A stretch of 64,000 bases of DNA from a virus. Taxonomy: Duplodnaviria > Caudoviricetes. Where the stretch lies: positions 96,001 to 160,000 of IMG/VR virus record IMGVR_UViG_3300031998_000009. One strand, 5' to 3'. Within the stretch, counting starts at the first letter, position 1; each line of letters opens with the position of its first letter. The position numbers and the translations under genes are program-made. Below, one piece after another: positions 55,829-64,000 of the stretch. Under the pieces are notes generated by a model. The model worked only from the letters and a program-made list of their open reading frames with translations, was not told the DNA's origin and did not search any database.

Positions 55829-56574
55829 GTTCCTCTACCTCTTTCCTGTAATATCTCGCTTGATATTTTCGGATTACCTGTACATTCTGTTACTGTAAAA
55901 GATAAGGTAACTACATTATATTTATCATCAGCGTTTATTGTTTCTCCCCAATCCGTAGAGACCGTTCCAGCAATAACACCTGTGATATAACAACTATTTC
56001 CTAGATTTAATGTTACTTTCGGTACTATAGAATCTGAACCTGTAGGATATACAGCAGATTGAACAGCAGCTACAATATCTTCTATTTTATTAGTGTGCTC
56101 CATTTCTCTATGCATTCTAAAAGATACAGAAACAGTTCTGGGTCCAGAATTTTGATAGATTTGAAACGGTTCAGATCTTCCAAGAGGATGTTGACTTGTG
56201 AAATTGGACTGTCTAGTATCTGAATAATTTTCAGGCCAGCAAGGAAAAAAGTATATAATTCCGTTTATTCGTATCCAACATTTCTTCTGTGAATAGTAGC
56301 CTACGTTACCTTTATTTGTTACAGACTTTTGAAGTGGTTTACTTTCTTTAGCTTCTATAGTTGTTTCTCTAACTCTATTCTCATAAGATTCATTACCTGT
56401 AAGAACATTAGGTACTTTTAAGTTTCCAGATAACCACATTAGTTCAGAAGGTTTATTGGGATACGGATAAAGAATGTTATTTACCTTATATAATTCTGTA
56501 ACAGTTACTCCAAAATCTTCTGCGATACTAGCAAAGGTATCTGTTTCGGTGTATTCATAATCCAAATATGCCAT
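55825..56574 (-). CDS. LysM-containing tail tube initiator-like protein
   Basis: DTFASIAEDFGVTV.EL..VN; GRSEP...Y..SGPR.VS.SF. Confidence 0.7.
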   Translation of the reverse strand: MAYLDYEYTETDTFASIAEDFGVTVTELYKVNNILYPYPNKPSELMWLSGNLKVPNVLTGNESYENRVRETTIEAKESKPLQKSVTNKGNVGYYSQKKCWIRINGIIYFFPCWPENYSDTRQSNFTSQHPLGRSEPFQIYQNSGPRTVSVSFRMHREMEHTNKIEDIVAAVQSAVYPTGSDSIVPKVTLNLGNSCYITGVIAGTVSTDWGETINADDKYNVVTLSFTVTECTGNPKISSEILQERGRGT

Positions 56575-57442
56575 TTGATTTTACACCTACTTCCTTTAAT
56601 ACATAGGCTTCTGTGAATATATCAAAATAACCGGTAACAAATAGTTTTCCACCATTTATAGGATTTACTCTTTGTTTCTGATAATTTATAATTGTTTGAG
56701 TAAGGTCGTATTGTGTTCCTTCCATTCCAGGAATGCACCAAACACCTTTTTCTTCTCTTGTTATGTTTCGATCTCTGATAAGAAGTTGTTGAACATAATA
56801 TATATCTTCTCTTGAAGAATTAGGTGTTATTGTTCTGCCTAGTAAATAAGAGGTTACTAGGTCATCTAGTTCACAGATTTCTTTTTCATAACCCCATTCT
56901 TGAAGTGTAAATATAATATTATTATCCACTTTGTAATAGTTGTTAGATTCTTCAAAACAGAACAAAGGTAAATCTCTGTGATTAAAATATTTAGGATATC
57001 CAGGTTTGTACATACCTGTACTTCCATCGTATTTCAACACCATATATCTATTATAGATTTCTCTGTATAGTTCTTGTGGTTTCTCTTCGTATTCTTTTTT
57101 AACAGATGTAGGTAATGTTGCATATTCCTCGTCTGTATAGAAATTAGAAAACATAAGTCTGTGTCTTTTGTTATCCGATAAAAAGTAATTGCAGATTGAT
57201 ATAGGTTCTGTTAGAGGTCTAACATCACTTCTTTGAATGTTACTATAATCGCTTATGGATTTTTTATCAAGTAGAGGGTAGGTATGATCTAAATATTTCG
57301 CAATATAATGTGCAAATCCATAATTCATATCTATGTATGGATAATATTCAGAATTTATTTTAATATCAGAATTGAAGTTTTCCTGTAGCATTTGTTGAAT
57401 ATAATGTATTACAAGTCCACTATCCTTAAATTGTTTTTGCAT
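56555..57442 (-). CDS. tail-region hypothetical protein
   Basis: Two YIQQML / YVQQLL segments and VTGYFD, loosely peptidoglycan-binding-like. Confidence 0.6.
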   Translation of the reverse strand: MQKQFKDSGLVIHYIQQMLQENFNSDIKINSEYYPYIDMNYGFAHYIAKYLDHTYPLLDKKSISDYSNIQRSDVRPLTEPISICNYFLSDNKRHRLMFSNFYTDEEYATLPTSVKKEYEEKPQELYREIYNRYMVLKYDGSTGMYKPGYPKYFNHRDLPLFCFEESNNYYKVDNNIIFTLQEWGYEKEICELDDLVTSYLLGRTITPNSSREDIYYVQQLLIRDRNITREEKGVWCIPGMEGTQYDLTQTIINYQKQRVNPINGGKLFVTGYFDIFTEAYVLKEVGVKSNGIFGL

Positions 57443-57455
57443 AACCTACCCTCCT

Positions 57456-60400
57456 TTATGTAGCAGTATTTAGTTGTGTGATATTTGAATTCATTCTTAA
57501 TATACTACTATTACCTTTATCTATTCCGGAACCTCTAACAGTTATACTTATAGATTGAAGCATTTGAATTATCTGTTTGAGTAGCTGTTCCACAGAGGAT
57601 GTCTGATTATTAATGGATCTGTTAATAGATTCCGAATCAAGTTTGCTACCGTAAGCAGTTGAATAAGAGTTATTTGCCATAGAAGATATCTGACTCATAG
57701 CATAAGAAGACATTTCGTTGTATACATCAGATTCACGTTTTGTAAGAACTCTTTCACCTTCATGTAGTAGGGCAGGATAATTATTACTAGGAACTCTTGT
57801 TAAACCTGATTTGTATCTACCTACAAATTTGTTTTCGTAGTATAATCCTCCAGAATCCTCTAGACTTGGTAATCCATTAACAAGTAAAGGACTTACTTCG
57901 TCATCTGCTATAATAACATTAGGTGATATACCGAATTCTTTAATATATGATGCAAGTATACCGAACGAACTTTTATCGTTAGTTTTGGAGGCAGCTTGTT
58001 TCCATCTGTCCTGAAACTCTTTGTTAGCTTCTTCGTACTTCTTTTTTCTACTTAATATACCTTCTACATATTGGACATAAACTTCTTTATCTTTTTCCTG
58101 TATACCTAAATCGGAAGCCATGTCTCCAACAATTTGCTCAGCAGACATACCATCCATTGATGCCATCTGTACTAAAGAAGAAACACTTTCTTTACCTAGT
58201 CGAGTAGTGATAGCACGTTCCATTTCAGAAGAACCTGACTCATCTGTTTCGGAACTCATCTTTCGTATGGTACCCATATCCTCATGGAGACCTACAAGTT
58301 TATCCGCATTTTGCTTTATAAATGCTTGTTTTTGTAATTCTAGTGCAGCTTCTTTCTTCTCATTTTCATATTGTTGTGTGATAAGTTTCAGGAATTCATT
58401 ATTTATATCTTGTTCTTCCATTGTAGCAAGTTTCTCTGCATCATACTGACCTGTTTGTAAAAGATAAAGTTTTCTTTGGTTACTATCAAAGCTCTTATAT
58501 GTATTTTCTTGCTCTGTTATATTATTATATTCTGCTTTAGCACTGTCGTAAAGTTTAGTAGCAGCTTCTTGTAATTGTGTAACAGCATTATTAAATACTA
58601 GTGAATCGTCAGAGACAAACCAGTCACCTAGTTTATCACCAAGCAAATTACCTACACCAGAAGCTCCTTTAAATAATAAACCTCCAGCTAATCCACCTAA
58701 TGGACCTAGTATAGCAGAACCTAGTGTTGTTCCAATACCTGTCCATATTCCTGTATCAGTTAATATACCTTCTAGACCTTCACCTGCTTTAATGTCTTGA
58801 TACAGATTATAACCAGTTATTCCTAAACCGCCTAATACACCTAAACTCTTACCTATGGTTCCGGAAACAGTTCCACTAGAACCTACAGCAAAAGGAGCTA
58901 CTTTACCTATAACATCACCCAGCTTACCTGCCATACCGGCGGCACCTGCAGCACCAGCAACTGCGGTTCCGCCACCTGTAAGGACGGTTTTAAGTGTACT
59001 GACACCGGCATTCGCTAGTATATTTAGAATTTTGCTTGTGGTATCCACTAATGTATGTCCTATTTCTAAAAATGCTTTATCTCCCTCATAATACTCTTCC
59101 GCTGTTTGAGCTAGATCTGTCATAGCATTTTCAGCTTTATTCATAACTTTTTCTGTTTGTGATACCCAATCAGCTTCTTGTAGTGCCTTTGTGGTACTTT
59201 TTGCCATTTCTTTTATAGTACCCTCGTCTATAGATGTTTGAGTAATACCTTCACTTCTACCGTATCTCAAAGCACCAGAAGTAGTCATAGCTGAACTATA
59301 AGCTGATAAAACAGATGCGGCTATATCTGGGTTGGATGCAGCATTTCCAGCAATAACATTAGCAGAAGATATTAGTTTTTTATAGGCTTCTTCAAAACCT
59401 TCTTCCATTATAGTACTAGGTGTTACACCTTGAGTATAAGAGATTAGCTCTTCTTTACTTAATTCTTGAGGAGACTTTTGTGCTATATTAGCTAGTCTTG
59501 ATACAAAATAATCATTATCAAGTCCTGCTTTCACACCTGCTTGTGCTACTGTTATACTAGAATTTAAGTCATCTGCTATTTGTTCTATGGATCTACCATA
59601 AGCGGAACCAATATCAAGAACCTGATTCAGTATTGTATTGAAACCACCGTGAACTAATGCTGTATCACTACCAAATGTCTCTCTTACACCTCGTTCTTCG
59701 GCAGATGCAGCACGGAAGAAGGTTCGTAACTGTTCTGTAGTTGTTCCTTGTTTTACTAGATTAACTATTCTGGATAGTGTTTCTTCATTACTTAAATCTA
59801 AACTACTTCCACTAGCTTTTAGTTCAGCCATGTCCATAGTTAGTTCTTTAAGTAATTCTTTATCTGTAATACCTGCGGAAGAAAGTGAAACAAGAGCTTC
59901 TTGTAAATCTACAACAGACATAACTCCTTCTAGATTTTGGGAAGTTAAATCTTTTTGGAGATCATTAATTAGATCTTCGAAAGCGCCCTGATTAAGACCC
60001 ATTCTTGCCGATATAGTATTTCTAGTAGATTCTAAAGAACTATATACATTTTGGAATCCTTTTTCATAAGAATCCAAAAATCTATTTTTTAATAGACCCA
60101 ATGTTGTATGTAATAGTCCGGAAGCTAGATCTTTACCTGCTTGTTTCATATCCTGCCCAGCTTTTTTCCATATATCAGAAACAGGATTTAGATTACGCAG
60201 ATAATTTATCTGGTCTATTGTAAGTTGTTTTTGTTTACCTAATAATTCTTTTTCTTCTTTTGTAAGACTTTTGTCTTGTTTCAGCTTATCATTTATCTGT
60301 TTAAGATACTTGGTAAGAGTTTCTTTTTGAAGTTTAACAGCCTTCATAAACTCTTCATTAGCATTTTCTTTTGTTTCTTGTTCTTGTTGTTTACTTATAA

Positions 60401-61127
60401 AAGAACCAAAGGAAGAAGAAATATTTGCTAATTCCTGATTACCTTGCTGTGCCAAATCAAAGCTACGAATGAGTTTATCCAGATTTCTTTGCTGTTTATC
60501 TAATTCTATATCCTTATCACGAGTAGCTCGCTCTACAGCAGCACTGACGTTCTCTTGAACAGCATTAGCTACATCCTGTATCTGAGAAGTAAGAGAATTT
60601 ATTTCTGTGTTTAACTTATTAATAATTTCCTGATCATTACTAGGGTCTAATTCAGATCTTTGTTTTTGTAAGGATTGAATACTAGATTCTAATTTTTGTA
60701 TAGTAGCTTCTGCTTCTTTTGATTGTTTTATACGTTCTCTTTCTATTCTTTCTAACTCTTTTTGGTACTTTTCAAATATAGCAAGTTGTTTTCCAATACC
60801 TAATGAATCTACTGATTTAACAGGTTTTTTAGAATCTTGTCTTAATTTTGTTATTTCGGAATCTGTATGTGTTTGAAGTCTTGACAGATTATATTCCAAA
60901 TCTTCTATCTGATTTAATATATCTTTAACAGATTTAGTACCAAAACGATTAAATGTAGAAACATAATTGGTGGTTGTTTTTTGTTGATTTAGAATTTTAG
61001 TAAGTAATTCATTTTGCTGTCGAAAAGCATCTACAAATGTGTTTTTTAGCTCTAATAATAGTGAATTTACGATATCTCCGGTAGGGTTCATGCCATTATT
61101 TATTCTGCTTCCGTTTTCATCTGGCAT
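57456..61127 (-). CDS. tape measure protein
   Basis: 1223 aa helical/coiled coil, Gly/Ala-rich hydrophobic stretch, PALLHEGERVL motif; position. Confidence 0.85.
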   Translation of the reverse strand: MPDENGSRINNGMNPTGDIVNSLLLELKNTFVDAFRQQNELLTKILNQQKTTTNYVSTFNRFGTKSVKDILNQIEDLEYNLSRLQTHTDSEITKLRQDSKKPVKSVDSLGIGKQLAIFEKYQKELERIERERIKQSKEAEATIQKLESSIQSLQKQRSELDPSNDQEIINKLNTEINSLTSQIQDVANAVQENVSAAVERATRDKDIELDKQQRNLDKLIRSFDLAQQGNQELANISSSFGSFISKQQEQETKENANEEFMKAVKLQKETLTKYLKQINDKLKQDKSLTKEEKELLGKQKQLTIDQINYLRNLNPVSDIWKKAGQDMKQAGKDLASGLLHTTLGLLKNRFLDSYEKGFQNVYSSLESTRNTISARMGLNQGAFEDLINDLQKDLTSQNLEGVMSVVDLQEALVSLSSAGITDKELLKELTMDMAELKASGSSLDLSNEETLSRIVNLVKQGTTTEQLRTFFRAASAEERGVRETFGSDTALVHGGFNTILNQVLDIGSAYGRSIEQIADDLNSSITVAQAGVKAGLDNDYFVSRLANIAQKSPQELSKEELISYTQGVTPSTIMEEGFEEAYKKLISSANVIAGNAASNPDIAASVLSAYSSAMTTSGALRYGRSEGITQTSIDEGTIKEMAKSTTKALQEADWVSQTEKVMNKAENAMTDLAQTAEEYYEGDKAFLEIGHTLVDTTSKILNILANAGVSTLKTVLTGGGTAVAGAAGAAGMAGKLGDVIGKVAPFAVGSSGTVSGTIGKSLGVLGGLGITGYNLYQDIKAGEGLEGILTDTGIWTGIGTTLGSAILGPLGGLAGGLLFKGASGVGNLLGDKLGDWFVSDDSLVFNNAVTQLQEAATKLYDSAKAEYNNITEQENTYKSFDSNQRKLYLLQTGQYDAEKLATMEEQDINNEFLKLITQQYENEKKEAALELQKQAFIKQNADKLVGLHEDMGTIRKMSSETDESGSSEMERAITTRLGKESVSSLVQMASMDGMSAEQIVGDMASDLGIQEKDKEVYVQYVEGILSRKKKYEEANKEFQDRWKQAASKTNDKSSFGILASYIKEFGISPNVIIADDEVSPLLVNGLPSLEDSGGLYYENKFVGRYKSGLTRVPSNNYPALLHEGERVLTKRESDVYNEMSSYAMSQISSMANNSYSTAYGSKLDSESINRSINNQTSSVEQLLKQIIQMLQSISITVRGSGIDKGNSSILRMNSNITQLNTAT

Positions 61128-61139
61128 TTTACCTCACTC

Positions 61140-61367
61140 CTATCGTTTATGATGATTTAGCTTTCTATTCCTATCCATTTCTTCAAGTTGTTTTTTACGT
61201 TCTTCTTGTGCTTGACGTAAAGTATTTAATAATACTTTTCTATCATGGATAGGCATTTTATTTGTTTCTGTTACTGTTACAGCCCCGTTAGATAAATAAG
61301 CAATAAGTAATTGCTCTTTTAGTATTTGGTCACATCTATAAAAGGAATAAGGTTGACCATTAATCAT
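61140..61367 (-). CDS. T4 gp51-like hub/tail assembly protein
   Basis: EQ..IAY.S.G......MPI.DRK..L; ends in TAG. Confidence 0.65.
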   Translation of the reverse strand: MINGQPYSFYRCDQILKEQLLIAYLSNGAVTVTETNKMPIHDRKVLLNTLRQAQEERKKQLEEMDRNRKLNHHKR

Positions 61368-62148
61368 CGAGGCAGGGTCGAAAAAACTCTCTGTCTGCTT
61401 TTAAAATCCAAATAGCAGAACCTTCACAACCTTTTGGATTTTGACAGGTTGTCATATTAAGTCTAACAACTCCGAATGGGAATTTATCTATTTTTTCATG
61501 ATAAACATAGTTATCCATAGAAATCATACTTCTAACATATTCAGGAGCTGTTATGTAATCTAATTCTTTTCCATTTACAGTTACAATTCTTTTTTCCATT
61601 TCCATAGTATATGCTGGGTCACCCTGAATATTGATATCATAATTTGGATGCTTCACAAGGAATAACTCCTTCTGTTTTTCAATATCAATACGATCTTTGA
61701 TTCTTAAAAATCTGCAACCTAATGTATCACCATTACTAGGTAGTGGTCCTATAATATAAGGTTCTACAAAATCTTCAGGTACTGTGTTATAAATAAGATC
61801 ACCTAAATCTGCCTTGTATTCGAATTCATAACCACATACAGGGCAAATAGCAGAGGTTCTATATTTATTTCCATAAGAAATAATTCTTAATTTAACACAT
61901 ACTGCAAAGAAATCAAACTCTGTAAATGACCTAGAATCGATTTTATAGGTTCCATCTGGATTCTTGTTATCTACAATACATTCGTTCACAATAGTACTCA
62001 TTGTATTGTAAAAAGATTGACCACTTAAACGCATTCTTTCCTCTTCTGTTGTCATAGCACGAAGAGTCAGATGTCCATCAAAGTGGTCACCATAAATCTT
62101 GGAAGTGGCACTTGGAAGTACCATACTTTCAGTGATAATATTTGCCAT
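61360..62148 (-). CDS. T4 gp26-like hub/tail assembly chaperone
   Basis: LPS, LRAMTTEEE, LRIISYG..Y, CPVCG, LPS.G, C...C, FFRP; start at 62148 behind GGAGG. Confidence 0.75.
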   Translation of the reverse strand: MANIITESMVLPSATSKIYGDHFDGHLTLRAMTTEEERMRLSGQSFYNTMSTIVNECIVDNKNPDGTYKIDSRSFTEFDFFAVCVKLRIISYGNKYRTSAICPVCGYEFEYKADLGDLIYNTVPEDFVEPYIIGPLPSNGDTLGCRFLRIKDRIDIEKQKELFLVKHPNYDINIQGDPAYTMEMEKRIVTVNGKELDYITAPEYVRSMISMDNYVYHEKIDKFPFGVVRLNMTTCQNPKGCEGSAIWILKADREFFRPCLDD

Positions 62149-62240
62149 ATTTAATTTCCTCCATTTAAATATTAAGCAAAGAGCTTTCCCATAGTACAAA
62201 AACAATATATATTTAGTGTGGAATTCAACATAGATTTTAT

Positions 62241-62274
62241 AAAAAAGTACCGGATACTTTCCATATCCGGTACT
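62241..62274 (-). terminator. intrinsic terminator after tail tube gene
   Basis: AGTACCGGATA/TATCCGGTACT plus TTTTT. Confidence 0.85.
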
Positions 62275-62291
62275 CCTCTAAATATGACAAA

Positions 62292-62843
62292 TTAATTGTC
62301 AAGTGGAATAGCAACATCACAGTAGAATGTAACTGAAATCTCACGAAGATCGTTTCCACTGTTATCAAATCCACCCGGACTTACTGTACCTGGGAAACAA
62401 CCTCTTAACTGAACTCTTCTTACATTAGTACCGTCTGGAGCATACTCTAACAGATAACCGTCTCTCTTGTAATCTGTAGCCCATCCAATAGTTTCAGTCT
62501 TTGGATTATAGACTTTCTTGCTCCATGCCATAAGAATTCTTTCTGTCTGTAAACCGATAAAGTCATTAACAACAATTTCAACATCTGTGTAAGAAGGCTT
62601 ACCCGCAAAGTTAATAGAGTTGTTACCGTAGTAAACTGTCAGTTTATCAATATTAGTAGAAGGATAACCAACACTTTTAACAGAAAGAGTTAGTAGGTCA
62701 CTAGCATTACCCGGAAGTGCAATTCCCGTGTCAATAGATGTTAGATCACCTAGGTTAGGAAACACAATCTCGAAGTTATTCGTTCTTTGTGGTTCCCACT
62801 CGTTTCTGTCTATCATATGATAGGCACCTAATTTTAACGGCAT
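62292..62843 (-). CDS. tail tube protein (T4 gp19-like)
   Basis: EPQRTNNF, FAGK, W...VYNP.T..G...DYKRD, L.GCFP. Confidence 0.88.
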   Translation of the reverse strand: MPLKLGAYHMIDRNEWEPQRTNNFEIVFPNLGDLTSIDTGIALPGNASDLLTLSVKSVGYPSTNIDKLTVYYGNNSINFAGKPSYTDVEIVVNDFIGLQTERILMAWSKKVYNPKTETIGWATDYKRDGYLLEYAPDGTNVRRVQLRGCFPGTVSPGGFDNSGNDLREISVTFYCDVAIPLDN

Positions 62844-62864
62844 AACATTTCACTCCTTCTGTAA

Positions 62865-64000
62865 TTAGTCTTGTGTAAATATTGCGCCAGCTTCTGTGAT
62901 AATGAAGTCAATATCGAAGAACTCTGCTGTTCTTGTAGGTGCGATGTAAACCTTACCCGGGCACCGAAGATGATTAATATCATCTGTTGTTACAGTACTT
63001 TCGTCCATAACAATACGATAATCATAAACACCTTCATTATACTTCATATATCTAAGGAATTCATCCATCTGGGCATAGAACTTCAACCAAAGTGTGGATG
63101 TATTCGGGTCAAATGCAAGATTCAGACAAACATCAAATATCTTCTTCTTAACTACATCCGCAATAAGTCTAACATTAAGACTTTCTAGTGCAGAATGTGT
63201 ATAAAGATCTATTGCTTCGAGTGTAGTATACTGACCATAAATTACATAACCATACTGCTTGAGTTTCATAATAGGATTAACTCTGGAAGTATTATCATTC
63301 TGCCATTCGTTAAGAATTACAGAACCGATTTCATAATCAGGTCTCTTTACAACTCTTGCTGTAGCTCTAGTAACACCTGCAGGTGGGAACCATTTCTGAC
63401 TGTCTACATTATCAATCAGGTTAGAAAGGAATGTATACATAAAGATGTAGGATGGAGCCATGAGAATCTGTTTACCTGCAACATCTGGAGACATAACCCA
63501 GCACCATGGGTGATGCATTGTACCATAGGAAGTATTGATCATTCTAGAATATTCCACAATAGCAGTTGGATCATAATCTCTAGGAACATCATAAAGAGCA
63601 ATACAGTCTTGTCGTTCTTCTGTAAGAGCTTTCATAGCTTCGTGAATAGGAGTAAGAGCTGTATACTGTGCAGTATTCAGACCTGTTCCACTGTATTTTG
63701 GATAAATAACAGATGCTGTCTTTGGAACGGTGTTATCGTCTGTGTAGTAACTATATGCAGTGATTGATGCAGATGTAATGGATGCATCAGCAAGAAGTGT
63801 TACAACACCTGTTTCATAATTAACACTACCTACGGAATCACCTTCACCGTTGATTTTCAGTGTTCCAGTCTTACCACCACCATCTACTACATCTTTAATA
63901 GTAACTGTAGCAGTATCTTTGGTTCCTGTTATAGTTATTGTACCGAAAACAATACCATTTCCTAGTGTACTAATAGTACCCTCATTATTCGTGATAGCAA
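62865..64000 (-). CDS. tail sheath protein (C-terminal part; frame appears to continue beyond the window)
   Basis: RQDC.A..D, WFPPAG..R, NVR, FDPN...LW, IAPTRTAEF..IDF; frame stays open upstream of 63635. Confidence 0.9.
   Translation of the reverse strand, partial: AITNNEGTISTLGNGIVFGTITITGTKDTATVTIKDVVDGGGKTGTLKINGEGDSVGSVNYETGVVTLLADASITSASITAYSYYTDDNTVPKTASVIYPKYSGTGLNTAQYTALTPIHEAMKALTEERQDCIALYDVPRDYDPTAIVEYSRMINTSYGTMHHPWCWVMSPDVAGKQILMAPSYIFMYTFLSNLIDNVDSQKWFPPAGVTRATARVVKRPDYEIGSVILNEWQNDNTSRVNPIMKLKQYGYVIYGQYTTLEAIDLYTHSALESLNVRLIADVVKKKIFDVCLNLAFDPNTSTLWLKFYAQMDEFLRYMKYNEGVYDYRIVMDESTVTTDDINHLRCPGKVYIAPTRTAEFFDIDFIITEAGAIFTQD

Noticed and set aside
1698-63767. All other plus-strand ORFs and short nested minus-strand ORFs in the track
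   Set aside because: They overlap well-supported minus-strand genes or tRNAs and show no recognisable motifs
1-64000. Genome-wide TAG reassignment (code 15) suggested by the CUA tRNA
   Set aside because: Conserved genes are full length in the standard code, with no gaps that TAG read-through would close

Overview
64-kb segment of a large, AT-rich, contractile-tailed (myovirus-like) dsDNA bacteriophage. Strong SD sites, sigmaA-type promoters, RecU and a SleB-type hydrolase point to a Firmicutes/Clostridia host. All ~70 credible genes are on the minus strand. Reading right to left: (1) tail sheath (partial), tube, T4 gp26/gp51-like pair, tape measure, baseplate and two paralogous distal/receptor-binding candidates (44.3-64 kb). 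(2) An AT-rich candidate origin (43.9-44.3 kb). (3) A self-contained replication module: SNF2 helicase, wHTH initiator, DnaC, DnaB, primase, SSB, family-A polymerase, beta clamp, and gamma/delta-prime/delta clamp loader. (4) A 7-deazaguanine DNA-modification cluster (dpdA-like, gat-queC, queD, queE, folE) that also contains a guanine deaminase and a purine phosphoribosyltransferase. (5) Recombination genes (Cas4-like exonuclease, RecU, RecA, UvrD). (6) An array of 16 tRNA genes, including an aberrant amber (CUA) tRNA, interleaved with several unexplained structured RNAs. (7) Accessory genes (PhoH, cell-wall hydrolase, ClpA/C-type ATPase). The most promising undescribed features are: the GuaD+PRTase extension of the dG+ pathway; a clamp-binding-like tail on DpdA; two attenuator-like leaders in front of the replication operons, one with an amber-terminated uORF; and the tRNA-array ncRNAs. 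All calls come from motif recognition and manual base-pairing only; no searches or folding programs were run.
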